This document shows, piece after piece, positions 19,408 through 28,010 of a stretch of 64,000 bases of DNA (the first letter of the stretch is position 1; each line of letters starts with the position of its first letter). Both the position numbers and the translations under genes were made by a program. The notes under the pieces were generated by a model that was not told where the DNA came from, searched no databases, and saw nothing but the letters and a program-made list of their open reading frames with translations. Source of the DNA: Pseudomonadota bacterium (GTDB taxonomy: Bacteria; Pseudomonadota; Alphaproteobacteria; Rickettsiales; UBA8987); assembly GCA_048498735.1 (NCBI GenBank), contig JBEHXK010000004.1, positions 2,283 through 66,282 of the forward strand, given 5' to 3'.

Positions 19408-19808
19408 AAGAACTTATAAAAATATACCAGCAATGTTTTCCTGATAAAAATGCCGAAGCGCAGGTAAAAGCTTTAGGTGAAAATTTTGAATATAAAATCA
19501 AGAATGGCAGTTTTATAATTTATATGACTGTTTCGCCAGATGAGGTTGAGATAATTGACATTGGCACTTCCCCTGAATTACGCCGCCAATCAGGCGCTAC
19601 AAATTTGCTGCAAGAAGTTTTCCTGTTATTACAACAAAAAGATATTAAGAATATTTATCTGGAAGTAGCTGAGAATAACACGCCAGCACTTGCGCTTTAT
19701 ATAAAAAACGGTTTTGAAAAATATTCGTTACGCAAAAATTACTATAATATTGATGGCAAAGGCGTAAACGCCGTTCTGATGAAGAAAAGCTTTGACTTTA
19801 AGGCCTAA
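19404..19808 (+). CDS. rimI: GNAT N-acetyltransferase, RimI-like
   Basis: 134 aa. Acetyl-CoA loop RRQSGATNLL and LEVAENNTPALALYIKNGF. It overlaps mfd by 4 nt. Confidence 0.65.
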   Translation: MKELIKIYQQCFPDKNAEAQVKALGENFEYKIKNGSFIIYMTVSPDEVEIIDIGTSPELRRQSGATNLLQEVFLLLQQKDIKNIYLEVAENNTPALALYIKNGFEKYSLRKNYYNIDGKGVNAVLMKKSFDFKA

Positions 19809-19836
19809 ACTCATTAAGCCAGAATAGATAAACTAT

Positions 19837-20799
19837 ATGGCTTTTACTATGAAATTCAGAAAGTTATTGGCTTTTATAATTTTACCGGCGCTATGCTTTT
19901 CACATAATGTAAATGCAGACCCGCTTGTACCAGCTTTTGATAATAAAGCACACCACGTTATGGACAGCCGCGGAAAATGCGTCCGCACAAAATGGGTGGC
20001 ACAACATTGCTGTGATATGTGCGCACCGCCTCCTCCACCGCCACCGGCAATAGTTGAGAAACAAAGAACCACGCAATATGTAGATCTAATCAGGCAGTCG
20101 ATCTATTTTGATATCAATAAAGATAATATCGATGTTAATGACCAGCAGCGCATGAACGATGTTATTACTGAGATCAGCAAAGGCGGAACATTACAAAGTG
20201 TTAAAATGGTTGGCTATGCAGATCGTTTTGCCAGCAGCAAATATAATATGGAACTTTCAAAACGCCGTGCGGAAAATGTACTGAATTATTTCCGCACTAA
20301 CGGATATTTCAATAATATCCAAGTAGGCTTTGGCTTTTTCGGCAAGGAAAAACCTGTTACAAATTGCCCGACCAATGTGAAAGTTGCAGAACAGATAGCC
20401 TGTTTACAAGCTGACAGGCGTGTTGATATAGAAGTTGAAATTGTTCGCCAGCGTGTAGAAATGGTGCGAGAAGTTATTCCACCGGCATATCCTAGACCCG
20501 GCACTTCAGGTGTAGAAGTTTATAGCCATCCTATGGCACCGGCACCTAATATGCCTATGCCTTCGGTGCAGCGTTCATATGATGCACCGGTTGCAGCATC
20601 TGCAACCCCTGTGGTTCAATCGCCGATGGAGCCTGTTTCAGCACCTGCTATGCAACCACGCTTGGCACCACCGATGACAGCATCACCAACCAATCCTTCA
20701 CAGGATAGTATGCCTGCGCAACCGGCAAGCCCAACTATGTATGATACTAATGTACAAGTGGCACCGAACAGCCTCGATAGTTTAAGACCTAGATATTAA
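19837..20799 (+). CDS. OmpA-family peptidoglycan-binding protein with a poly-Pro hinge and a Pro/Ala/Met-rich tail
   Basis: Signal peptide (KFRKLLAFIILPALCFSHNVNA). CAPPPPPPPA hinge. OmpA_C-like core reads SIYFDINKD...VKMVGYADRFASSKYNMELSKRRAENV...ADRRVDIEV. The last ~100 aa are P/A/M/S-rich. Confidence 0.8.
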   Translation: MAFTMKFRKLLAFIILPALCFSHNVNADPLVPAFDNKAHHVMDSRGKCVRTKWVAQHCCDMCAPPPPPPPAIVEKQRTTQYVDLIRQSIYFDINKDNIDVNDQQRMNDVITEISKGGTLQSVKMVGYADRFASSKYNMELSKRRAENVLNYFRTNGYFNNIQVGFGFFGKEKPVTNCPTNVKVAEQIACLQADRRVDIEVEIVRQRVEMVREVIPPAYPRPGTSGVEVYSHPMAPAPNMPMPSVQRSYDAPVAASATPVVQSPMEPVSAPAMQPRLAPPMTASPTNPSQDSMPAQPASPTMYDTNVQVAPNSLDSLRPRY

Positions 20800-20866
20800 T
20801 TGGCGCTGTTTTAGTGAACGGTCTTGAAATAATATAAAAAGCACTACATTGCTGATAGAATAATTT

Positions 20867-22093
20867 TTGGGAAAGCTTTTGAACATTAAACAGATACTCG
20901 CTGAGAAAACTCAGGGAAGAAAAGAATATCTTGAGCAGTTTTTCAGCTCACGTTATCAGCACACAAAACCACTTTTCTATTCTTCGGTTGATATCCGCAA
21001 TAGCGGCGCGAAGATGGTGCCGGTTGATACCAACCTGTTTCCCGCAGGTTGGAACCTGCTTTCTGAAAACCAACGTCATAAAGCCTCAGAAGAGGTGAAT
21101 AATTATTTTAAAACCTTTCATCCCGGCAAAAAGAAAGTTCTTATAATTCCTGAGAGCCATACAAAAAATAAATATTATCTGCTGAATGTTCAGCGCCTTT
21201 CAAAAATCCTGGAAGAAGCTGGGCTTGATGTGAAGATCGGTAATATTTCCATAACTGAAAAATTTGAAGAAGAGATTTTTCCGGGTGAAAAAATTACCAT
21301 GTACCCAGTTGAAAAGATAGATAACCAATTGCGCTCAGATGGGTTTATTGCTGATGTTATTGTGAATAATAATGATCTTTCTGGCGGCAGGCCTGATATA
21401 ATCACGCATTTAAAACATCAGCCTATAATACCACCAGTTGGCTTGGGCTGGTTCAGGCGCCGCAAGAGCCAGCATTTTGGCACATATGATGTTCTGGCGA
21501 AAGAATTCGCACGCGAATTTGATATCGATAGCTGGCAGATCTCAGCTTATTATGAACGTTGCGGGCATATAAACTTCAAAGAAAAATCGGGCCTGGATGC
21601 TGTTGCAAATGCCGTTGAAAATATAATCGCAAAAACTGCGAATAAATATAAACAATATGGCATTAATGATGAGCCTTACGCCTTCATCAAGGCAAACAGC
21701 GGCACATATGGCATGGGCATTATGGTTGTAAAAAGCGCGGAAGAGGTTCTGGAGATTAATAAAAAGAAACGCCACAGCATGAATGTTATAAAGGAAGGCG
21801 TTGAGAATTCTGAAGTAGTGGTACAGGAAGGCATCGCAACGCGTGATGAATATCAGGGCAAGCCAGCAGAACCCATGGTTTACTCTGTAAATGCCATGCC
21901 TATCGGATGCACTTACAGGCTTAACAGCAATCAGGATAAATATGGCAATCTTAATTCCAGCGGCATGGAATTTATTTCATTTGATTCAATGGAATCTGAA
22001 AATGGTGCGGATTGTCCATCGCAAAGTATCATCGCAAGGCTTGCGAGTTTGGCTGCTGCACGCGAATGCTATGTTGAGAACTGGGAAATCTAA
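20867..22093 (+). CDS. gshA: Putative glutamate--cysteine ligase (GshA, PF08886-type family)
   Basis: 408 aa. The N-terminal motif YSSVDIRNSGAKMVPVDTNLFPAGWNLL is one I associate with this GshA family. The assignment is from memory and needs an HMM check. The track start is TTG. Confidence 0.5.
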   Translation: MGKLLNIKQILAEKTQGRKEYLEQFFSSRYQHTKPLFYSSVDIRNSGAKMVPVDTNLFPAGWNLLSENQRHKASEEVNNYFKTFHPGKKKVLIIPESHTKNKYYLLNVQRLSKILEEAGLDVKIGNISITEKFEEEIFPGEKITMYPVEKIDNQLRSDGFIADVIVNNNDLSGGRPDIITHLKHQPIIPPVGLGWFRRRKSQHFGTYDVLAKEFAREFDIDSWQISAYYERCGHINFKEKSGLDAVANAVENIIAKTANKYKQYGINDEPYAFIKANSGTYGMGIMVVKSAEEVLEINKKKRHSMNVIKEGVENSEVVVQEGIATRDEYQGKPAEPMVYSVNAMPIGCTYRLNSNQDKYGNLNSSGMEFISFDSMESENGADCPSQSIIARLASLAAARECYVENWEI

Positions 22094-22578
22094 TCTTCCT
22101 GAATCATTTTAGAGTCTATAGCTTTATCAATAAAACTCTGCAAAATATAACCTGCCGCAACTTTATCTACTAACTCTTCCCGACGATCCCAGCTTATATC
22201 AGCTTCAAGCAATGCTTTTTCTGCCATTATACTTGAAAATCTTTCATCAAAAAAAGTTATATCGATATCTCTTATTTTAATAAGATTGCGTCCGAACTGG
22301 CGCGCTGACTGGCATTGTTTATTCTCACTGCCATCCATATTTAAAGGCAGACCTATCACTATGCCACCAACCTTTCTTTCATCTATGATCTTAAATATCT
22401 CTGCCGCAGTGTTTGTGAATTTCTTGTTGTGGATATTAACCAGAGGGCTTGCAATGCTCCAGCTTGGGTCAGCTATAGCAATGCCGATAGTATTGCCATG
22501 GTCAATCCCCATTATGGCACAGGATTTTGCCTTAGAGAGAATAAAGTCAGATGTTTCAACAATCGGCATAAAAAGCAA
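22090..22578 (-). CDS. ruvX: YqgF/RuvX-family putative pre-16S rRNA nuclease / Holliday junction resolvase-like protein
   Basis: IMGIDHGNTIGIAIAD and GGIVIGLPLNMDGSEN motifs. The true start may be a few codons downstream of the longest ORF. Confidence 0.8.
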   Translation of the reverse strand: MLFMPIVETSDFILSKAKSCAIMGIDHGNTIGIAIADPSWSIASPLVNIHNKKFTNTAAEIFKIIDERKVGGIVIGLPLNMDGSENKQCQSARQFGRNLIKIRDIDITFFDERFSSIMAEKALLEADISWDRREELVDKVAAGYILQSFIDKAIDSKMIQED

Positions 22579-22665
22579 TTACTAAATGGTTTTTATTCAA
22601 TTTATTTATCTGGGGTTTGCCAGCTTACAACTTGAATTTTATAATATAAGAATTACAATTATTTA

Positions 22666-24198
22666 ATGGTTAATCAAAGTCAAAATCTAGTTTTAAGGCA
22701 ATCACAGAATCTTGTGATGACGCAATCGATGCAACAATCACTCAAGATATTGCAGCTCTCCTCACTCGATCTGGCAAATTATATCGAAGCAGAACTTGAA
22801 AAAAACCCACTCCTTGAGGTTGAAGGTGAAGAGGAAAAAGATAAGGAAGAAGCTAATTCTGCTCAAGATCAGCAGAATACAGACACAGAAAATGAAGACA
22901 AGGATTCATTTAATGAGAAGGATAGCTTCGAAAACCTTACTTCTAATAATATGACCAGCAATTCTGCAGTACTTGATGACAATTCTGATTCAAATTGGAG
23001 TTCAGCAGAAAACAATTTTTCTAGCGATAATTACGTAGAAACCACCAATAATTATAATTCTGAAGATGATGATACCGGTAGCATTATCGAAAAAACATAT
23101 TCTGATGAACCTTCACTCAAAGAACACCTGACAGAACAGGTAAGCCTGGATTTTGATAACCCAAAAGATAAGATTATAGCCGCACATATAATCGATATGA
23201 TAGATCCTAGCGGCTATTTATCTTCGGAAACACTTCATGCTGATCTTATCTCATTAAGCAAACAGCTTGGCTGCAGTGTTGAGGATATAGAAGAGATTAT
23301 TTCCCGCCTGCAAAAACTGGATCCTTTAGGTGTTTGTTCGCGTAATTTGAAAGAATGCTTAAAAATCCAGCTGAATGAAAAAAGAACACTTGATCCCGCC
23401 ATTGAAAAACTTGTGGATAACCTTGAAATGCTGGCTAAAGGTGAAATGGATAAGCTTAAAAGGATCTGCGATGTAAGCGATGAAGATCTGGTGGAAATGA
23501 TAAAGGAAATAAAGGCACTTAATCCACGCCCCGGCAGTGGCTTTTCTGAAGGCAAAGCGCAGACTAAACATAGCGATCTTATACTTGAAAAGAAGAACGG
23601 TAAATGGGTGCTGGAATTAAATCAGGAACTTTTTCCGCGCCTGAATGTACGTAAAGATTATTACCAGAAAGTTAAATCTAATAGCCTGAAAGCCGGTGAG
23701 AAAAAATATATCAGTGATAATTATTCTTCGGCTAATTTCCTTATGCGCGCTATAAATATGCGCGCGGAAACTATGCTGAAAGTTGGCAATGCGCTGATGA
23801 AACGCCAGGAGCAGTTCTTAGAAAAAGGGATAAATTATCTGAAACCCATTTCAATGCGTGAGATCGCAGAAGAAGTTGGTTTGCATGAAAGTACTATTGG
23901 CCGTGTTGTATCTAACAAATATATAACTATTCCAAATGGTGTTTACGAATTGCGCTATTTCTTCACCACCGGTCTTTCAAGCATTTATAATGATAATGAT
24001 GTTTCCGTTGAAACGGTGAAGCACCAGATAAAAGAGATGATAGATGCTGAGAGCAAAGTGCTTTCTGATGATGACATTGCTGCAAATCTGAAAGCAAAAG
24101 GCATCAACATTGCAAGAAGAACGGTTGCAAAATATCGTGAGTCAATGAATATTGCGACCTCGGCAGTACGTAAAAGATTAAAAAAGATGAATGGATAA
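22666..24198 (+). CDS. rpoN: RNA polymerase sigma-54 factor RpoN
   Basis: 510 aa. Region I reads LRQSQNLVMTQSMQQSLKILQLSSLDL. An acidic region II follows. The C-terminal RpoN box reads ARRTVAKYRE. Confidence 0.95.
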   Translation: MVNQSQNLVLRQSQNLVMTQSMQQSLKILQLSSLDLANYIEAELEKNPLLEVEGEEEKDKEEANSAQDQQNTDTENEDKDSFNEKDSFENLTSNNMTSNSAVLDDNSDSNWSSAENNFSSDNYVETTNNYNSEDDDTGSIIEKTYSDEPSLKEHLTEQVSLDFDNPKDKIIAAHIIDMIDPSGYLSSETLHADLISLSKQLGCSVEDIEEIISRLQKLDPLGVCSRNLKECLKIQLNEKRTLDPAIEKLVDNLEMLAKGEMDKLKRICDVSDEDLVEMIKEIKALNPRPGSGFSEGKAQTKHSDLILEKKNGKWVLELNQELFPRLNVRKDYYQKVKSNSLKAGEKKYISDNYSSANFLMRAINMRAETMLKVGNALMKRQEQFLEKGINYLKPISMREIAEEVGLHESTIGRVVSNKYITIPNGVYELRYFFTTGLSSIYNDNDVSVETVKHQIKEMIDAESKVLSDDDIAANLKAKGINIARRTVAKYRESMNIATSAVRKRLKKMNG

Positions 24199-25168
24199 TA
24201 ATATGGCGGATCTTTCAGTAATTGGTGGGGGAGCATGGGGAACGGCTATTGCCAGCCTTCTTTCACGCGATGGCAAGAATGTAACTTTATATGCACGTGA
24301 AAAGGAAGCTGTTGATTCAATCAACTCTGAAAATATCAATAAGCCATTCCTGTCGGGCATCAAACTGCCAAAAACACTGAAAGCCACAAGCGCTATAGAA
24401 GATATTTTAGAAAGCAAATATATATTCATAACCACGCCTTCCCAATTCTTTCGCGGGCAGATAAGGCAATTAGCAAAGCATGATATAAGCCCGGACACAG
24501 TTTTTGTGATCTGCAGTAAAGGTATTGAAGGTGAATCACTAAAACTAATGAGCCAGATATTTGAAGAGATTATGGATCACCAGTTTGTTATTCTTTCAGG
24601 CCCTACATTTGCAGTCGAAGTTGGAAGTGGCATCACCACTTCAGCAAGCCTGGCAGCACATGATGTGCTTCTGGCAGAAAAATTGAAAAAGATCATCGAT
24701 CGCGATAATTTTAAAACCCACATTAACAATGATGTAATTGGCTCACAAATTTGTGGAGCAATAAAAAATGTGATCGCAATTGGTTGTGGCATCGTAAAGG
24801 GACTTGGTGAAGGCGAGAATACACGGGCAGCCCTTCTAACCAGAGGCTTTCATGAGATAGCACTGCTAGCTGAACAGATAGGTGGAAAATATACCACCCT
24901 GATGGAACCTTGCGGTATTGGCGACTTGATCCTTACCTGCAGCAGCGAAAAATCACGCAATTTCTCATTCGGCATGGAATTAGCGCAGGGAAAGGCATCC
25001 AGCGAGGATATTTTGAGCACAAAAATTGTTGTTGTTGAAGGTGTTGATACCTCGAGATCATTGGCGCAATTGCTTGGAAAACTTAAGCTTGATCTGCCAC
25101 TTTGCATCAAGATCCATGATATCATTGAAGGCAATGCCAAGCCTTCTGAAATTTTATCTCTTGTCTAA
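24191..25168 (+). CDS. gpsA: NAD(P)H-dependent glycerol-3-phosphate dehydrogenase
   Basis: 325 aa. VIGGGAWGTAIA Rossmann motif, plus SGPTFAVEV and KNVIAIGCG. It overlaps rpoN by 8 nt. Confidence 0.9.
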   Translation: MDNNMADLSVIGGGAWGTAIASLLSRDGKNVTLYAREKEAVDSINSENINKPFLSGIKLPKTLKATSAIEDILESKYIFITTPSQFFRGQIRQLAKHDISPDTVFVICSKGIEGESLKLMSQIFEEIMDHQFVILSGPTFAVEVGSGITTSASLAAHDVLLAEKLKKIIDRDNFKTHINNDVIGSQICGAIKNVIAIGCGIVKGLGEGENTRAALLTRGFHEIALLAEQIGGKYTTLMEPCGIGDLILTCSSEKSRNFSFGMELAQGKASSEDILSTKIVVVEGVDTSRSLAQLLGKLKLDLPLCIKIHDIIEGNAKPSEILSLV

Positions 25169-25227
25169 GATTTTTAAATCTATTATATCGCAATTTTACC
25201 CCCTTCATTAGACAGGCTGGTTAAACG

Positions 25228-26307
25228 ATGAAACAATTCTTACCCGGAAGCACTATAGGTATTTTAGGCTGTGGCCAACTTGGGCGTATGCTCGCTGTTG
25301 CTGCAGGAATGATGGGGTATAAAACCATAGCTTATGGCCCAAAAAGAGAAGGCGAAGCCTCTCCTTGTGAGCAGGTTTGCAATGATGTTATTTATGCCGA
25401 ATATGAAGATTATGAGCGCCTGCAGGAATTTGCGGCATCATGCAATCTGATAACTTTTGAATTCGAAAACATTCCTTCTGACACAATAAAATATCTGGAA
25501 AAGATAGCAACTGTTCGCCCCGGGCATGATGCTATACATTACACACAACACCGTGCACGTGAGCGTAATTTCATTACATCAGGCGGCTTCCCTACTCACC
25601 GCTTCTGGCATGTAAAAAGCCCGGAAGATATTCGCAAGGCTTTCAAGAAAGACCTTAAAAAAGGCGTGCTGAAAACAGCTTATTTCGGTTATGACGGCAA
25701 AGGCCAGAAGGTTATAAATTCTGAAACTGAGGCAGATGATATCTGGAAGGAATTAAAATTCCATGAAGCGGTTCTTGAAGAATTCGTTCCTTTCATGAAA
25801 GAAATTTCAATAGTGCTTGCACGTGGTACGAATAAAGAGATTGAAATATTCCCGATAGCTGAAAACCAGCACTCCACGGGCATTTTGGTAAAAAGTGAGA
25901 TTCCGGCAAAGATCGAGGATAAAACTAAACAACGCGCCATAGAAGTTGCAAGAGGCCTTGCAGAAAAATTGAAATTCATCGGGGTTATGGCAGTAGAATT
26001 TTTTGTTCTGCCAAATGGTGATGTATTTGTGAATGAGATAGCTCCGCGTGTACATAACTCAGGCCACTGGACACTCGATGGTTGCACGGTCAGCCAGTTC
26101 GAACAGCATATCCGCGCTATATGCGGCTTGCCTCTGGCTTCAGCCCGCCTGCTAACACCAACGGTAATGGAAAATATAATCGGCGATGATATTAAAAAAG
26201 TGCCGGATTATCTGCAGAATAAAAATGCCAATGTTTACCTTTACGGCAAAACTAAAGTTAAAGCCGGCCGCAAACTTGGGCATGTGAATATCATCTCTGC
26301 ACAATAA
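25228..26307 (+). CDS. purK: N5-carboxyaminoimidazole ribonucleotide synthase
   Basis: 359 aa. IGILGCGQLGRML and an ATP-grasp core (NEIAPRVHNSGHWT). Confidence 0.85.
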   Translation: MKQFLPGSTIGILGCGQLGRMLAVAAGMMGYKTIAYGPKREGEASPCEQVCNDVIYAEYEDYERLQEFAASCNLITFEFENIPSDTIKYLEKIATVRPGHDAIHYTQHRARERNFITSGGFPTHRFWHVKSPEDIRKAFKKDLKKGVLKTAYFGYDGKGQKVINSETEADDIWKELKFHEAVLEEFVPFMKEISIVLARGTNKEIEIFPIAENQHSTGILVKSEIPAKIEDKTKQRAIEVARGLAEKLKFIGVMAVEFFVLPNGDVFVNEIAPRVHNSGHWTLDGCTVSQFEQHIRAICGLPLASARLLTPTVMENIIGDDIKKVPDYLQNKNANVYLYGKTKVKAGRKLGHVNIISAQ

Positions 26308-26309
26308 CT

Positions 26310-26744
26310 ATGATGCACGAACTTATCATCTGCGTTCTTATCAGCACCTTTATGGTTTTGCTTACCTGCGCGCTTTTCTATGAAATAATGAAGATAAGTC
26401 TTTATCTGCTGGCAGATAGAACCATTTCACGCATACGGGTCCTTATTGTAGTATTGGTGATATTCACCGGTCATACACTGGCCGTATGGTTATATGGTGG
26501 TGCCTATTATGCTATGCAGCATTATTATGCCTTAGGTGAAATTAAAGGAGATATTAACGGGCAATTTATTGATTATGTATATTATTCTGCAGCAACCTAT
26601 TCATCACTTGGTATTGGCGATGTTTTCCCAACAAAATCGCTGCGCTTCCTTACCGGGGTTGAAGTACTAAATGGCCTTATTTTAATCGCCTGGAGTGCCT
26701 CCTTCATTTATCTCGTCATGGAAAAGATCTGGGGCAAGAAATAA
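26310..26744 (+). CDS. Small ion-channel family membrane protein with a non-canonical pore loop
   Basis: 144 aa. Hydrophobic helices flank YSSLGIGDVFP (cf. K+ channel T-V-G-Y-G-D). Confidence 0.55.
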   Translation: MMHELIICVLISTFMVLLTCALFYEIMKISLYLLADRTISRIRVLIVVLVIFTGHTLAVWLYGGAYYAMQHYYALGEIKGDINGQFIDYVYYSAATYSSLGIGDVFPTKSLRFLTGVEVLNGLILIAWSASFIYLVMEKIWGKK

Positions 26745-26812
26745 CCCTATTTTTCATATAGATATTTTACCTCAAATTTTATTATCTTTTTAATAATCTG
26801 TTAATAATTCTA

Positions 26813-26821
26813 TGGTATAAT
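26813..26821 (+). promoter_or_regulatory. Extended -10 promoter element (TGgTATAAT) for the 26841 gene
   Basis: TGGTATAAT lies about 20 nt upstream of a strong SD (AGGAG) and the ATG at 26841, in an AT-rich intergenic region. Confidence 0.45.
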
Positions 26822-26840
26822 ATTCTGCAGGAGAAAAGGC

Positions 26841-28010
26841 ATGGTTAATGATAAATCCTCAAATCCGTTTTTTGGCTTCACAGATGAAGATGCTGATGTG
26901 GTATTGAAGCGCGCAAAAGCTAAAGAAAAAGAAGAGAGAGAAAAGCGTGAGGAGATTCAGACCAATAGAGATAATGCAGATAATGCAAATTATCTAAGAA
27001 AACAAAATAACGATAAAGATGTTGATAAAAAAGTATTAGATAAACCAGATCTTCAGCTTAAGAAAAATGATCAGCCTGATAATAATGCTCAGATAAAAAA
27101 GGGTGACGATAACGATTTTAAACCTACAAACAATAATAGTTATAACGTATTAAACAATGATAAAAAACCGGTAGAAGACCAGATATTATTTAAAGATAAT
27201 ATCAATAATTCTTTAGGATCTAGTGGCTTCACTGGCAATTATGACTTTTCTGGATTTACTTCCAATTTTGATATTGGTGAAGTTAAACTAAAAACTTCCG
27301 GCAAAAACAGGCTTGGGAATCTGATCGCAGATATTGCGCAAAGATTTGTAGGAATACATGAAGAAGGCGGCAATAATATAGTTCCTGCCCTGCAGAAATA
27401 TGCCCGGGAAATTGGCATGAGTACAGAAGATGGCGGCGCATGGTGCGCAAAACTTACCTCGATTATAAGCCATGAAGCTGCTAAAGAACTGGGTAAGGAA
27501 ACTGGTATTGATATAAAAAATTTATTTCCTTCTTCAGAAGGTGTTCTTGATAAGTACGATAAATATGCAAAGCTTGGCGCTCTTTTAAGCCCGCAATATA
27601 TAGCCAAAAATATAAATAATATGGATACTGAATCTCTGAAAGGCATGGAGATATTTTTCTCACGCGAAACTGCGGAGGGGGGCAAAGGCCACACAGGAAC
27701 CATAATTAATGCTACAGAAAATGGTGATATATATGTGCTTGAGGGAAATCTTGGCCGGGACGGCAAAACTGCTGTAAGAAAATATAATATCAGAACATTA
27801 CTTGAACATGCGGGTTCAACTGATAGTGATGGAAATTACGGAACAAGGTTCTTAGGTTTTGGTGACCCTAATAAAGTTATCGAAAATAAAGATGCAGCGT
27901 TAGCAGTTTATCTGAATAACAAAGATAATCTTAATGGCCAGGACTATGCCTCTGCAAACAATAAGGCCAGCCAATTCACCATTAAAAAAACCGGCAAGGA
28001 ATACGTTTAG
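26841..28010 (+). CDS. CHAP / NlpC-P60-like cysteine hydrolase domain protein with a long disordered N-terminus
   Basis: 389 aa. Residues ~1-150 are K/D/N/E-rich with no signal peptide. The C-terminal domain has a Cys motif GGAWCAKLTS and a His motif GKGHTGTII, as in CHAP/TIGR02594-type peptidoglycan amidases. Confidence 0.6.
   Translation: MVNDKSSNPFFGFTDEDADVVLKRAKAKEKEEREKREEIQTNRDNADNANYLRKQNNDKDVDKKVLDKPDLQLKKNDQPDNNAQIKKGDDNDFKPTNNNSYNVLNNDKKPVEDQILFKDNINNSLGSSGFTGNYDFSGFTSNFDIGEVKLKTSGKNRLGNLIADIAQRFVGIHEEGGNNIVPALQKYAREIGMSTEDGGAWCAKLTSIISHEAAKELGKETGIDIKNLFPSSEGVLDKYDKYAKLGALLSPQYIAKNINNMDTESLKGMEIFFSRETAEGGKGHTGTIINATENGDIYVLEGNLGRDGKTAVRKYNIRTLLEHAGSTDSDGNYGTRFLGFGDPNKVIENKDAALAVYLNNKDNLNGQDYASANNKASQFTIKKTGKEYV

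Noticed and set aside
19997-20011. Sigma-54-like TGGCAC...TTGCT inside the OmpA-like CDS
   Set aside because: The GG-to-GC spacing is 9 nt instead of 10, and the site is intragenic.
22666-22740. Apparent tandem duplication QSQNLVL-R-QSQNLVM at the RpoN N-terminus
   Set aside because: It aligns with the normal Gln/Leu-rich region I of sigma-54 (LQLRLSQQLAMTPQLQQ), so it is not an insertion or a repeat expansion.
27239-27766. 175 aa antisense ORF inside the CHAP-like gene, and similar antisense ORFs (for example 25689-26087 in purK, 35080-35436 in glmM and 53942-54298 in tamB)
   Set aside because: In each case the sense-strand gene has clear family motifs. The antisense products are low-complexity Ser/Pro/Leu-rich, as expected from codon-bias shadows.
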